From Vitrella brassicaformis CCMP3155 (taxonomy: Eukaryota > Protista > Chromerida), in NCBI GenBank assembly GCA_001179505.1, contig CDMY01000369.1:1-64000 (forward strand): a DNA stretch of 64,000 bases. Reading direction: 5' to 3'. The notes beneath the pieces were generated by a model. The model ran no database searches. It was given only the letters and a program-made list of their open reading frames with translations, and was not told the origin of the DNA. A program made the translations under genes and the position numbers. Shown in pieces: positions 23,953 to 35,752 of the stretch; the stretch's first letter is position 1, and each line of letters opens with the position of its first letter.

Positions 23953-26900
23953 TCATCTGGCGGACGGCGGGGGAGGTAGCGGGAGAGGCATCGTGCGCTG
24001 CGACAGGAGATTCCTACCAGAGCTGCCCTCGCCGCCATCTGACAATGAGGACGGCTTGACGTGGCCCCAGCAGCGGCCGGAGTCCAACCCGTCTGTGCCG
24101 TCAGCCTTCGTCTCATCTGTGGGGTCATTGATGGTGATAATCTGCACAGTTGGTGGAACGTCGGTCCCGTCTTGCTGTCGAGCAGGGACGTCTATGCGGG
24201 AGGAAGGGCTGGCCTTGGTCTCACCCTTGAGCCACGTAAGCATCTCATTGTTGATGAACGATGTGAGCGGCTGATTCATGGCCGCTCTGGGGCTGAGTGG
24301 CCGGATGTTGTCGTGTTCGTCTTCAGGGATCACAAGGGAGCTGTGCAGGTACTCGCGGGTGATTCTTCGGAGCTCGTGCGGCTCGGCCTGACGGATGATC
24401 TCCATTTGGCTGGCCAATGGCGCGCTTCAGGTTGGCTGCTCGTATCTGGGCGGCGGAAAACAGGCGTCGGAGGTCATTCAAATTCCTCTCGTCCTTGCCG
24501 GCTGCCGTCGTAGGCGAAGTGGCCACTGCTGGCGGTGGTTGCTCGTCGTTGGTCTTCGCTCGCATCTTGGCACAGAGAGCAGAAGTCAGCTCGAAGCATT
24601 GCTGAAGAACCGCGTCTTCGTTGATCTCCTTGTCCGCTCGTCCACCAGCCGCTGTCTCCTGCGCCACGGCCGAGCCCTGCTGTTCTTCAGCCGTTTCCTT
24701 GCGCTTCGTTATCTCGATCTCATCTGTCTGGGCTGTCTGTTCTTGCCTTGATCGCTTCTTGCGGGGCGTCTGACACGCCACGTTCCGCATGGCGCGCCGC
24801 GACTCGCTCTTCCTCGCTGTCCTTGCCAGGCGATCAATGTCTTCAAGCATGCCAAGTGTCTCCATGGTCAAGGTAGCCTGTTTGTTCTGGCTTCCCTTAT
24901 CGTGCAGGGGAGGAAGCAACATGGCACCGAATGCAGTGGGCGCATGGGAAGGGGGGAAGGGGCACGTGGAAGGGGCTACGGGGGTCGTAAGCATGATGTT
25001 TCTCGCGTCGTCTGGCTCGTAAGCCTCACTGCCGAGGAAGAGACACTCGGCCATCTCCCGTTGGTCCCTCCTGCTGTCTTCGTGGTCTGCTGCTTTGACT
25101 CTCCGCAGCTGGGACTCCCACGGCAGGGCTTCCTCGTGATTCGCTGCTTCTGCCTGCTTCCGCTTGGCCAGCTTCCTCACTTCGACGTGAGACACTCGAG
25201 GCGGAACACCAAGGGGGGCCCGAAGCAGGCTGCGGTGCGTCCCCTGTACGGCCCTGGGTGGGAAATGCGAGAGGGTTGGGTGGACGCCGACCGACACCAC
25301 TCCCTCAGAGGCCCTCTCGTCAGCCGAAGACGAATCAGTCGTGCGGGCAGCAATCTGAGTGAGGCGGGGGCGTGAGGAAGGCTCCTTGGCCCGCCTTGAT
25401 GGCTGCACTAGAGACGTGTGGTGGATGCTGCTGCTGCTGCTGCTGCTGCTACTGCCGCTGCTGCCGCCGCTGCTTGAGGGCAAGTGGTGGGTGGATTGCA
25501 TGCCGTCAGGCTCGAAGGAAAGTGGCTGGACGGTCTCGGTTGGGGCCGAACAAGAGCTTCTGTGGTCTCTTGTCTCAGCTTGCTTAGATGGCCGGATCGG
25601 CTCAGATGACTCGGACGCCTTTGAGGAGCTCTCGCTTTCGCTTCCTGAGGAATCGTCCGCTGAGGATGCGTAATCTGGGAACGGACCTGGTCGTGAGGGG
25701 GATAGGGGGCTGTCCGATTGTCGCCGATTCTCAGGCTTCGCCAAGCTCTCTTTTGGAATGTGTGGGGCAGCTTGGCGGTCCTGCTTTACCTCGAGATGAT
25801 CATGTGGTCTGCCCTTCCTCTCCCTTTCAGCACGGCGCTTCTTTATCTTCTTTTCCAGCCTTTGCCTTTGTCCCTTGTCGGAGTCATCAGCACTGTCGTC
25901 TGTGTAGCTGCTGCCGTCAAGCGCTGAGGCATCATGCTCTTCCGCCATGGCCTTGCTGCTGTGTCTCCTTCTCCTCTTTGTCTCCGTCTTCGCTTTGGCC
26001 TTCGTCTCCTCCTTAGCCTTCCTGCGCCGCTTGTCGCGCTTGCTGTGGTCGCTGCTGGTCTCCGAGCACAAGTCGGTGAAGCTGTCGGCGAGCAAGAGGG
26101 TTGAGCGGCTCCTCTGCTCCACTGCCGGCTGTTTGCCGAGAAAGGCGATTATCAGTCTGCCGACCTTCTTCTTATAGCGTCGCCGGTGAAGAGGGGCACG
26201 GCCATCTTTATGGTCACCTGGGAGTCTGTTGACAGCCGCTTCTTGTTGTTAGCAGGCTGATCTATTGGCAGAGCATATGGACTCTGCTGGTCGTTGCTGC
26301 TGGCACCCGACAGCCGTCTCGTGCGGACTGGTGCTGGCATGAGCTCCTTCTGCTGCTTGAAGACAGTGCTCTTCTTCCGCAGAATCTTGGGTGCCGAAGA
26401 TGAGATCCCAGGGGATGCTGAGGTGGCTTGTTCGGCAGCTGCAGAGGCTCCCTTAGGCGCTGTGCCTTCCTCGTCTGCTGCAAGTTGAGTGTCGGGCGAT
26501 GCTGTGCTATCGTCTGCCTCAGCGGCAGCGGCTTTCCTCTCGGCCTCTGTGGCGAGCTGTGTGAAGGCCTGGAGATCGTCCAAAACATTTCCCTCGTCGG
26601 CAGCCTCTGACTGCACACACATCGACACGCGAGTCAACGTCGCAGTTTGTGTGCACTGATTGCTTATCACCACAAGATCGTCCTCAAACTCTGATGACAG
26701 GTGCGAGGAGAGAGCAGATATATCAACGTGACACAGAATGACTCAGAATGACACAGAGCAAACGATCCATTGCTGCTCTTCTCTTGTTGTGTACCTGCGT
26801 TCTCATCGTCGCATTCTTGTGTGACTCCGGCAAGAAGGAAGCGCTTGTTTTTTATTATCATGTCTCTCAGAGCCTTGGCGCCGGTGGTGGTCGCCATCAT

Positions 26901-27906
26901 GGCCTTCAAACATCCCTCGGGGGCCAGCTTGAAGGCCAGCAGCAGATTCCGAGAGCTAGGTTGATGACACAAAGCCAATCCAATCTCTATTTCCTGCCCT
27001 TTTGTATCTTTGCTGTGCTCTGCGCACGTACCCTTCTTCGCTTTCGTCCAGCTTCTCGGTCAGGAGCCTGATGGTCCGCTTTGCCTTCCGGCCCTGCACC
27101 CACCATCGACGGACACGTGTGACATCCCGTGGATGTGTTCATTGCCTACCATTTCCGCCATCTTTATCTGCATGTCTCTGAGTTCGCCCATGACCCGTGT
27201 GATTTCTGAGTCCATGTCGGGCGGCATCTTGGGTGTCTGCATGAAGAAGACCTCCTTCTCCTCGTACTCCTTTAAACGATCCTCCTGCATCGTCAGCTGC
27301 ACCCGTAACACAAAGGAGCCATCTGTCCATTGTATGCGCACTAATGAAGCACATCCGGAGTCTGATGTCCTACCTCGTTTCTGAGCATGGCGAGTTCCCT
27401 CAGATATCCGGCGTGTGTTGTCTCGAGCTGAAGGGTCAGGTGGTCGGCCCTGGACTTCTGGCTTTGATATCGCATGTCAAGCTCCTGACGCAGTAATGGA
27501 ACGCAGAGAAAGCACTCATTCTCTCGCCCTCCTTGCCTCCCCCCACCGTCACTGACCCTGATGTGTGACCGCAGCTTGATGATTTCCTGCGACAGCGAAG
27601 CACATTACAGTGAAAGGGGTCACCCCCTCTCGATACCCGCCCCCCAGTCACAGTGGACTCACTCACCTCGGACATCTCTTCCTTCGACAGAACCACCCTC
27701 GAAAGGGCCGCAGCCGCCCGGTCTGCCTCACCCCCTCGCCCCACAACCGTCAGCCTCCTCAGGGACCTCTCGGGCCTGATTGGTGGTGCCGGGCTCTCAC
27801 TTGGGGATGGCATTATCGTGGTGTCCTCGATATTCGATGCCGCCCTCGTCACATCGAGCTGCTCCAAGCTCATTTCAGTCGCCTCGCCCCTCTCACTCGA
27901 AGCCAT
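23953..27906 (-). CDS. Large S/R/E/K-rich, largely disordered protein with coiled-coil segments; function unknown
   Basis: ORFs at 27436-27906, 27060-27341, 26667-27080, 26152-26673, 24323-26122 (599 aa) and 23953-24417. A short GT-AG intron is visible at ~26127-26165. Not all joins were resolved. Confidence 0.6.
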
Positions 27907-28522
27907 GGTCCCAGGGGAGGAGAAGTGCGGGGTGAGTTGTTCGACGAACGAAGTCAGAAAAGGGGACTGAACATTGGAGGGGTTTGTAGCGAGAGAGTTT
28001 ACTGACGGCGAGAATCGCGCGAGCTACATAGTGTAGGTCGGTGTCACTCACGAACCCACCACACGGTTGTCGCATGGCTGACTCAATCATCATTGCAGGA
28101 CTGGTGCGAATTAAACTGTCTCATCATTCGCTGATTGACCCAGTGACCATGACGTGCGATAGACGGACGACACGCAAGCAGGGGAAAGAGGAAGCAAGGC
28201 AAGAAGGCAGCCAAGGTAGTCAGTCAGAGGTATCTATCCATCCAACACCAAAACGGACGGATGGCTGATGACCCGCAGAAGCCAGAAAGCGAGAAGACCT
28301 CTGTCGTCTGCCTGCCTGCATGGCCATGGAATGACGTGAGTGCGTGTTCGTTCCCCTGTTCATGGAAAGCACTTGACTAATTAAGACATGGGGGTGTGTG
28401 TCCGCATCGGCTGGGACGGGGTGGGCTGCGGTGCGGTGCGCCGCACCGACGGCCTTGCCTCTGGCCCGATATCTGCCTGCCTGCCTGCCCGGTTGCCCCC
28501 CCTCCCCCCTTTCCTGCCTCAC

Positions 28523-31098
28523 TCACTGATCGACCGTGAATGTGTATATGGCCATCCGGTTGAGCGCAAAAGCTATCGGCTCCTTCTTCTCCATGTGATA
28601 ACACTCCAACACCTGTGTGTGAGGTCACACCACATACACTCTCACTGGCGCGGTCATGTGGATGTGAGTGTGGGTAGTTTGTACCTCGATGTTGCAGACA
28701 GTGGTTTGTGAGGTGGCGTCGATTTGGAAGGGGAGGAGAGAGGAGCTGTCGGTCTTGGCCGAGAACTCCATCGTCCCGGTCGGCGCGTTGCTGTCCACCA
28801 AGGGCACAGTCCTGAACCACACCCAATGAGTGAGAAGATGCCCTCCACTTGTGCGCTCTTATACGAATTGAGTGGGCGTGTGTCAAGAACTCACCAGGCG
28901 ACCACGTTGCCCTCGGTGCTGTACTCGCCCACGTCAGCACTAGAAACCTATACACACACACGCAGATGCCAACCAAAGGCGCATCAATGGAGTGAGTGAG
29001 TGGCTGGATTGACCGGATCCGTGCGTAGCGTACCGTAGGGTGAGAGTTGGGTGGGCATGGGATGGAGAATCTGAGGTCCTGCAGGGCGAGGTCCGTCTTG
29101 GTCAGCTCAAACTCGATCGTCGCCACCGTCCCGTCGCTCGTAGACGACATCCAACAACTTACCGACATCGGCAACAACTCCTGCACACACGCATGGACAG
29201 GATACACGTGTCCCCGTGTGTGTCTGTGTCTGTGTGTGTGTGTGTGGCTGTAGGTGACCTCGCTCTTGGTTTGCAGCCGCCATTTGAGCAGCGGCATGGG
29301 GGTGTTCTGTCTGAAACACCGAGATGCATCCTGCATGGCAAATACACCGAACACAGGTGCCGTCAACACACACACACACACGTTGTGCGGGGGCGTGCCA
29401 GCTGCCGTACCCTGAATTCGAGGATGCTGTTGGCGTGAGAGCTCTTGTTGAGGTTGGGATGCACCTTCCACTTGAAACGCTTGTCCTCCGGAGACACCTG
29501 AGGATACACCACAGACGGATGCACTGATGTGTGTAGGCATGTGCGAGCGAGTGCCTCGATGACCCACTAACCTTGAATGCGGCGAGGTCTGCCTTGTTGA
29601 CATCGAGCACAGTGGCCTCAAACTGGCCCTGGATGTCCATGTCGTTCAAACCTGCACACACGATGGCACGCACACGGATTGCCACATGTCATCGATGTCT
29701 CATGGCGGGCGGCCAGCTGACGCACCTCCCTCTGCATGGAGCTGTGCTTGTATCTTCTCCTCAATGTTGATGGTCACGGGCTCTAGCAGGGGATTCACAG
29801 GCGCGGCTCCACGGCCATTGTCCTCTGCACACACACCACAACGAACACAGCAATGGAGGGCTGCATGGTTCTTTATCTTTCGTGTGTGCGGATTGGACCC
29901 TCGAGGCCGGTGGATGCGGCCGATGCGGCCACGGCAGATGGGGTGGGGCGGAGGGAATCCAACAACTCGGCTGCAGGCTTCTGCTCACACACACACACAC
30001 ACACACACACAGCGAGAGAGAGAGAGGCAGGCAGGATGCACAGGGTCCTTTGTGCAGTCAGCCAGTGTCTTACGCCTTACTTTCTTGCCGATCTGCATGC
30101 CTTTCTTGGGCAACCCTGCCCGCATCGCGGTAGAGCTGGGTGGGTGGGGTGGGACACACACAAACATGACAGTCCATCCGTGAGTGTGTCTGTCTGTCAC
30201 GCCCACTCACTCCCTACACGCTCAGCTCACTCCATTTCGTTGGCTCCCGGTGCAGTGTGTGGTGCGCCCCATGGTGTGGGCTCCTTGTCCATCATGTGTT
30301 GCGCGGAAGGGTTCATGTGCAGCTCGTCCTCGAGGCTGATGCCGCTGCCCGCGGGGTTGGCCTTGTCGGCCTGCTTCTGGAGCGCACGCTGCTTGGCCAG
30401 CTCCAGCTGCTTACGCTTCGCGACCTCCTTGGCCTCGTTGATTTTGCTCTGATGGCAACACCAGCAACACAACGATACATAGAGCCACTCTCGCGGCATT
30501 GTGGGCGGCTGGCTGGCTGACCTGTTCGATCATTTGGTGAAGCCTCTCCTCGTGGCTGTCCATCTCGGTGTAGGTCTTGATCTGGCTGAGCGTGACGCTC
30601 TCCCGGTAGCCGAACGAGATGACCTCGTCGAAGGCAAAGACGATGTCGAAGGCGTGTTTGACGACGAGCTCCTCGGTGACGGTGATCTGGCAGCAGTCCT
30701 GCACAATCTTGGCCAGCAGGCGGAGCGTCTCGAGGTCCTCCAGGATGTTGCTGGCCTTGTTGGTGATCAGCAGCAGGTACAACGACTCAATCGGCTGGTA
30801 CACGTACCGCACGCTCTCCGTCTCTATGTACGTGTGATCCTTGCCTGATGCAGTGAGCCATCATTACACATACACACACACACACACAGAGGAGCCATCA
30901 ATGCCCGTCGAGCTTGGCACGCACCCAAGGCCTCCCTGTGAATGAGATGCAGCTGCCTTTGCTTGTCTTACTTCCGATTTCGATGAGTTTGGGGAACGCT
31001 GAGAGGAGGCCCTCGACCCGCAGCCTGGTCATCTCGACAAACTGCCGCGCCACCAGCGTCTTGGCCTTGGTCAAGATCGCCGCCGATAGAACCACCAT
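28523..31098 (-). CDS. ARCN1: Coatomer subunit delta (delta-COP)
   Basis: [69 protein letters not shown] and [10 protein letters not shown], followed by a mu-homology C-terminus (FKVHPN, GVLKWR, MEFSA). Confidence 0.97.
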
Positions 31099-31318
31099 GA
31101 CTGACTGACCCTTATTGACTGACTGACCGAACGCAAGCGGTGGGTGACGTCACTCGTGCCGATCAATGCCTGCTGCCCACGCACTCCTCAATCTAGGCTG
31201 TCAGAGCAAAGATGCAGAGGCCGACAAACACGCCTGTGACGCCTCTTTTCCAAAACGTCCCCTCCTTTCCAAGCTCGCAAATAACAGGCCTAGGGCGCTC
31301 CATGAAACCGCTGCTGCA

Positions 31319-31354
31319 ATAGCTCAGCGAAGCTGCGATAGCTCAGCGAAGCTG
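31319..31354. repeat. 17-bp direct repeat (period 19) in the divergent promoter between delta-COP and LCAT
   Basis: atagctcagcgaagctg occurs at 31319-31335 and 31338-31354. Confidence 0.7.
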
Positions 31355-31448
31355 TCTGAGTGACTGAACAGTCTGTCATTGAGGCGGTGAAGTTGCTTGC
31401 GAAGCACAGCGTCGCAGAATCCTCGTCAAGCAGCCAGTGCATGAGCTG

Positions 31449-33758
31449 ATGAAGATGGGAGTGGAACACAGCTTGCTTTCTGCGGTTTTATGGCTGTGCC
31501 TACTCTTCCGGCTGCCGTGTGGTCTTGCGTCGGAGCCCCTCAAGCCGATAATCATCATCCCAGGCATCGCAGGTACGTTAGTTCTGCCTGGACACACAAA
31601 CAGCCAAACACGCTGCTGCCCGTCCACCACACACACATCCATCCACTTGCAGACATCCATTGATTCTGTGTCTTTACCCATCTTCCTCACCATGTATTGC
31701 CATGCAGGCAGCGGCCTCCTGGGCAGTCGTGAAGCCGATGCGCCGGTGGAGGGCTGCTCCAAAAAGGCCACCTCCAACTTCCGCCTCTGGGCTTCATACG
31801 AGGAGCTCCTGACCGACCAGGAGTGCTGGACACACATGCTCGAGATGTCCTTCGACGACTCAACCATGCTCTACTCCAACAAGACGGGCGTCAGCATCGA
31901 GCCAGAGGACTTCGGGGGCACCCACGGGATCGCTTTCCTCGACTATGTGGCGGGCTACGGCGTGGTGGGGACCAAGTACATGTATGAGTTCCTGGAGGGG
32001 CTGCACAGCGTGGGCTATGAGGAGGGCAAGACCTTGAGGGCGCTGACGTATGACTGGCGGCTGCCGCCCAACCAGGTCAACCTGGGGGGCTTCAGGATCG
32101 TCATTGAGGAGTCCGTCAAGACCACCGGGCAGAAGGCCCTTCTTGTGGGACACAGCCTGGGTGAGCGAGTGGGTGAGCCTGGGGCGTCCCTACAGCCACT
32201 CACTATTGTGTGTTTATTGCTGGTGTTGTGTGTGGCGTGTGCAGGGACTTTGTACATGAATTACTTCCTGAACAAGGAGGTCGACGCCGACTGGAAAGCC
32301 AAACACATCGAGAAGTTTGTGGCCGTCAGCGGCACCTACGGCGGGGCCTTTAAGGCCGTCAGGGCACTTATCTCGGGGTTCGTGGCTGCCGACCACACAC
32401 CCACACACACCACAGCAGACAAGCCATCGAGGCCCTGTTGGATGTGTGTGTGTGTGTGCAGGTACAACGACTACGTGACCTTTGACCTCAGTAACTTCCT
32501 CAACATCTCCCTCATCTCCGCGGCCAACGCCAGGCGAGTCCATCGCACCTGCGGCTCCGTCTACTCCCTCCTGCCCAAAACAGAGGTAGACACACACACC
32601 CTTCCCCTTTCCCCCTTCTGCCAACAAACACTCGCGCATTCATGTGTGTGAGTGTGTGTTTAGGTGTATGGTGAGGATTGGCGAGTGGCGGTGATAGACG
32701 AGCCGGGCGACGGCGTGCCGCCGCTCTACTACACGCTGCGCAACTGGACGCAGCTGCTGCCGCCTGGGTTGGAGTCACGGGGGCAGCAGGCCTTCAACGA
32801 GATAGAGCGATACGGCATGAAGGACCCTGGGGTGAGTCAGTGGGGAGGGAGCAGCAGAGAGGCAGAAAGACAGACAGACAGACAGACAGGGAGGGAGGGA
32901 GGGGTGCAAGGGATGAAACAAACACACAACTTTCGTTCTTCTGAGCTGATGAGCTCTGAGGAAAACGTGGAGACCTGAACTGACGCACCCACCCGCCACA
33001 ATAGACAGACAGACAGACAGCCTGGGGTGTTTGTGCCTCCGCGTGTGGTTGTCTCTTTTCCCTTCTCTGTATGTGTATGATGACCTCTGTCTGTCCCCAC
33101 CCATGTGTGTGTGTGTGTGTGCAGGTTCCGGTCGAATGTCTATGGAGTCGGTTTGAGCAGCCGCAGACGGACATCTCCTACCACTACACAAGACCTGACC
33201 TCAACGAGCAGCCACTCAGGTACTCCCTCACCCACCCACCTATCACAGACACACCCAGCACATCCACCAGACAGACACACAGCCTCTCTCATGTCATGTT
33301 CTCCTCCCAATCATCAAACAACCAGGATCTATGGGTTCGGCGACGGCACCGTCCCGCTGGCGTCCCTCTCCTGGTGCAGCACCTGGCCCTCCACCACCTT
33401 CACACACGAGTTCCTCAACCAAGACCACATGCTGCAGTGGCAGGACCACGGCGTCGTCACTTTCATCGTCGAACTGCTCACCGGACGGCTGCCGCGGTTC
33501 AAGACCAAACCGCCGACCGTCTTCCCGGCCATGCGCAACAACATGACTTACATGGTGCAGCGGCTGGAGGGAATGGTTGGGGCGGAAGGGGATCACGGGA
33601 GGGAGATCGAGGGGGAGAGGGGAGGCGGGAGGGAGGCGTTTGATTGGATGAGGCTGAAGGCGCAGACGCGCTCGCAGAGGGCGTCTGGGGATGGGGTGGG
33701 GGCTGGTGAGGGTGTGCAGCAGCAGCAGCTGCAGCAGCATGATGTCATCTATCAATGA
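31449..33758 (+). CDS. LCAT: Secreted lecithin:cholesterol acyltransferase / group XV phospholipase A2 family lipase
   Basis: Signal peptide, then PIIIIPGIA|GS, DFGG, YDWRLPP, nucleophile motif GHSLG, FGDGTVPLASL (catalytic Asp) and DHM (catalytic His candidate). Confidence 0.93.
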
Positions 33759-34341
33759 AGTGAGACCAAGGAAGGAACGAAGGGTGGGTCGGTGGTCGGG
33801 GGGTGTACAGTACTCAAGACAGACAGACAGACAGAAAGAATGTGTGTGTGCTCAACACACTGTTGGTTAACTGACACTGACATTTTTCCGTTGCTATGGA
33901 CAGCATGCACTGACACAGCGAGCCCCACCCACACACGTCGACACTCGAGCGAGCCGTCAGTGTTTTTGTCGATCTATGTCATTGAGCCGGCCATTGTCTG
34001 TCGTCGGCTGCATTCATTCATTCGACGCACACATAGAAGGGAACCGATGGGTAATTGATTGATCTCAGGTGTTTTGGCAACACCAGGGTAGGGTGCGTGC
34101 CACCGGGGCGGGTACACACTTCTGCAGATGTGGATGGCATGATGAGCTGGATGCTTGTGTTCATTGGGTGAGAAATTGTGCATCTGTTGCATATTGCTTT
34201 CCGTGCGCCCTTTTAATTCATGACACACTTAACGCACTTTGACGTCTAGCTCATGGATGTAACCATTCTCTACAACAGTACAGGCGTTCTGCGCGTCTCT
34301 GTTTACCAGGGAGAGTGTGCAAGCTCACCGTGAGAGAGGAG

Positions 34342-35086
34342 ATGGTCAAGCTGGCATTGCGCGTGATCTGTGCTGGTGCTTGTTTCGGCACCCTCGCCTA
34401 CGCCTTCCTCCCGCCCACCGCGCGACAACCCACCCTACGCACATCGCTTCACGCCTCATCGACTGATCAGCCTGATCAGCCCCGCCGCCGGTTCTTCGAG
34501 AGTGCTGCTGGCAGTGCGCTCATCGGCGGAGGAGCCCTCGTGACGCAACACATCCTTCTGGCACCTCGATCTGTCGCCATGGCGCAGGACGTTCCTCCCG
34601 GCTTTGAGAAGTCCGCGTCAGGACTCATGTACCAGGTACACATACCACACACGACACGCACACTCATTCGCCCATCATGGCATGTGTGTGTTGGCTTGCA
34701 GGTGGTTGAGGCAGGCAGCGGGGGCAAGCCCAACCAGAACCAGAAGGTGCGTGTCGACTACACGGGGTGGCTGGACAACTTCGAGAGCGACAAGAAGTTC
34801 GACTCGTCCGTCGACCGACGCCGGCCGTTCGAGTTCTTCGGTCAGTCAATGAATGGCACAGGCACACACCGCCCTGCTCCATCCCATTACACACGTGCCT
34901 TGATCTGCAGCCGGCGGCGGGCAGGTCATCAAGGGGTGGGACGAGGCCATCCTCTCCATGCAGGTGGGCGAGAAGCGACGGCTGATCATCCCCCCCGAGC
35001 TGGGGTATGGCAAGCGCGGCGCCGGGCGGGTCATCCCGCCCGATGCGACGCTTTATTTCGAGGTCAAGCTGCTCGCTTTGCTGTGA
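34342..35086 (+). CDS. Plastid thylakoid-lumen FKBP-type peptidyl-prolyl isomerase
   Basis: Exons 34342-34635, 34702-34840 and 34911-35086 splice in frame. FKBP motifs [35 protein letters not shown] and [11 protein letters not shown]. The leader has a signal peptide (AYA-F), a transit peptide and an RR plus hydrophobic stretch ending A-M-A. Confidence 0.95.
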
Positions 35087-35655
35087 GGGGAGGCAGGCAG
35101 GCAGACTTGGCGTGGCTGTCTGTTTGGTGTGTGTTTGAATGGCGATGGCATGTATGTGTGTCTGGGTGAGAAGTCAGGCAGGCAGGCAGGCAGGCAGTTC
35201 TGGTGTGATCGTCACGCGAGTGAGTGACCAAGGCCAACGCCTTTGTTGTATCTGCGCGACCACCTCTATGTCACACTGACATGAGGACGGTGGGCTTGTG
35301 CGAGACTTTTCGGGCGATACAGACCTATAATCCTTTTCCAGCTGTTCTTATTCGTCATACATACGCAGCAAGCACCGCATGTGACTTCTCAGTCAAATGC
35401 AATGCACCGCACACAAATGGCGCCGCACACTACGCAGGTCGATTTGCGAGTTCTTGACACCAATCAGCAGAACCATAACCAGCACATCCACACATACTCA
35501 CACACACGACGACCAAGTCTCGCAGCACAACGTGCATCCATCATCGATCAGATAACTTGAGACGACTTGGGACAAGAAAGCGGTGCTAGCAGGGACGGTG
35601 GGGGTATGGCGGGAATCTCCGTGCACCAACGGCAGCTTCACGTCCTGAGAGCATC

Positions 35656-35688
<33 letters not shown>

Positions 35689-35752
35689 CATACACATAAC
35701 AACTTTATGTGTGCCACACACGCAGTGCATTGTGAGACATTCTGGCGTGTGG

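Noticed and set aside
23714-24274. Plus-strand ORF apparently overlapping the 3' end of the minus-strand gene
   Set aside because: The phase-compatible splice from the upstream exon uses another frame that stops near 23762, so a real coding overlap is not supported.
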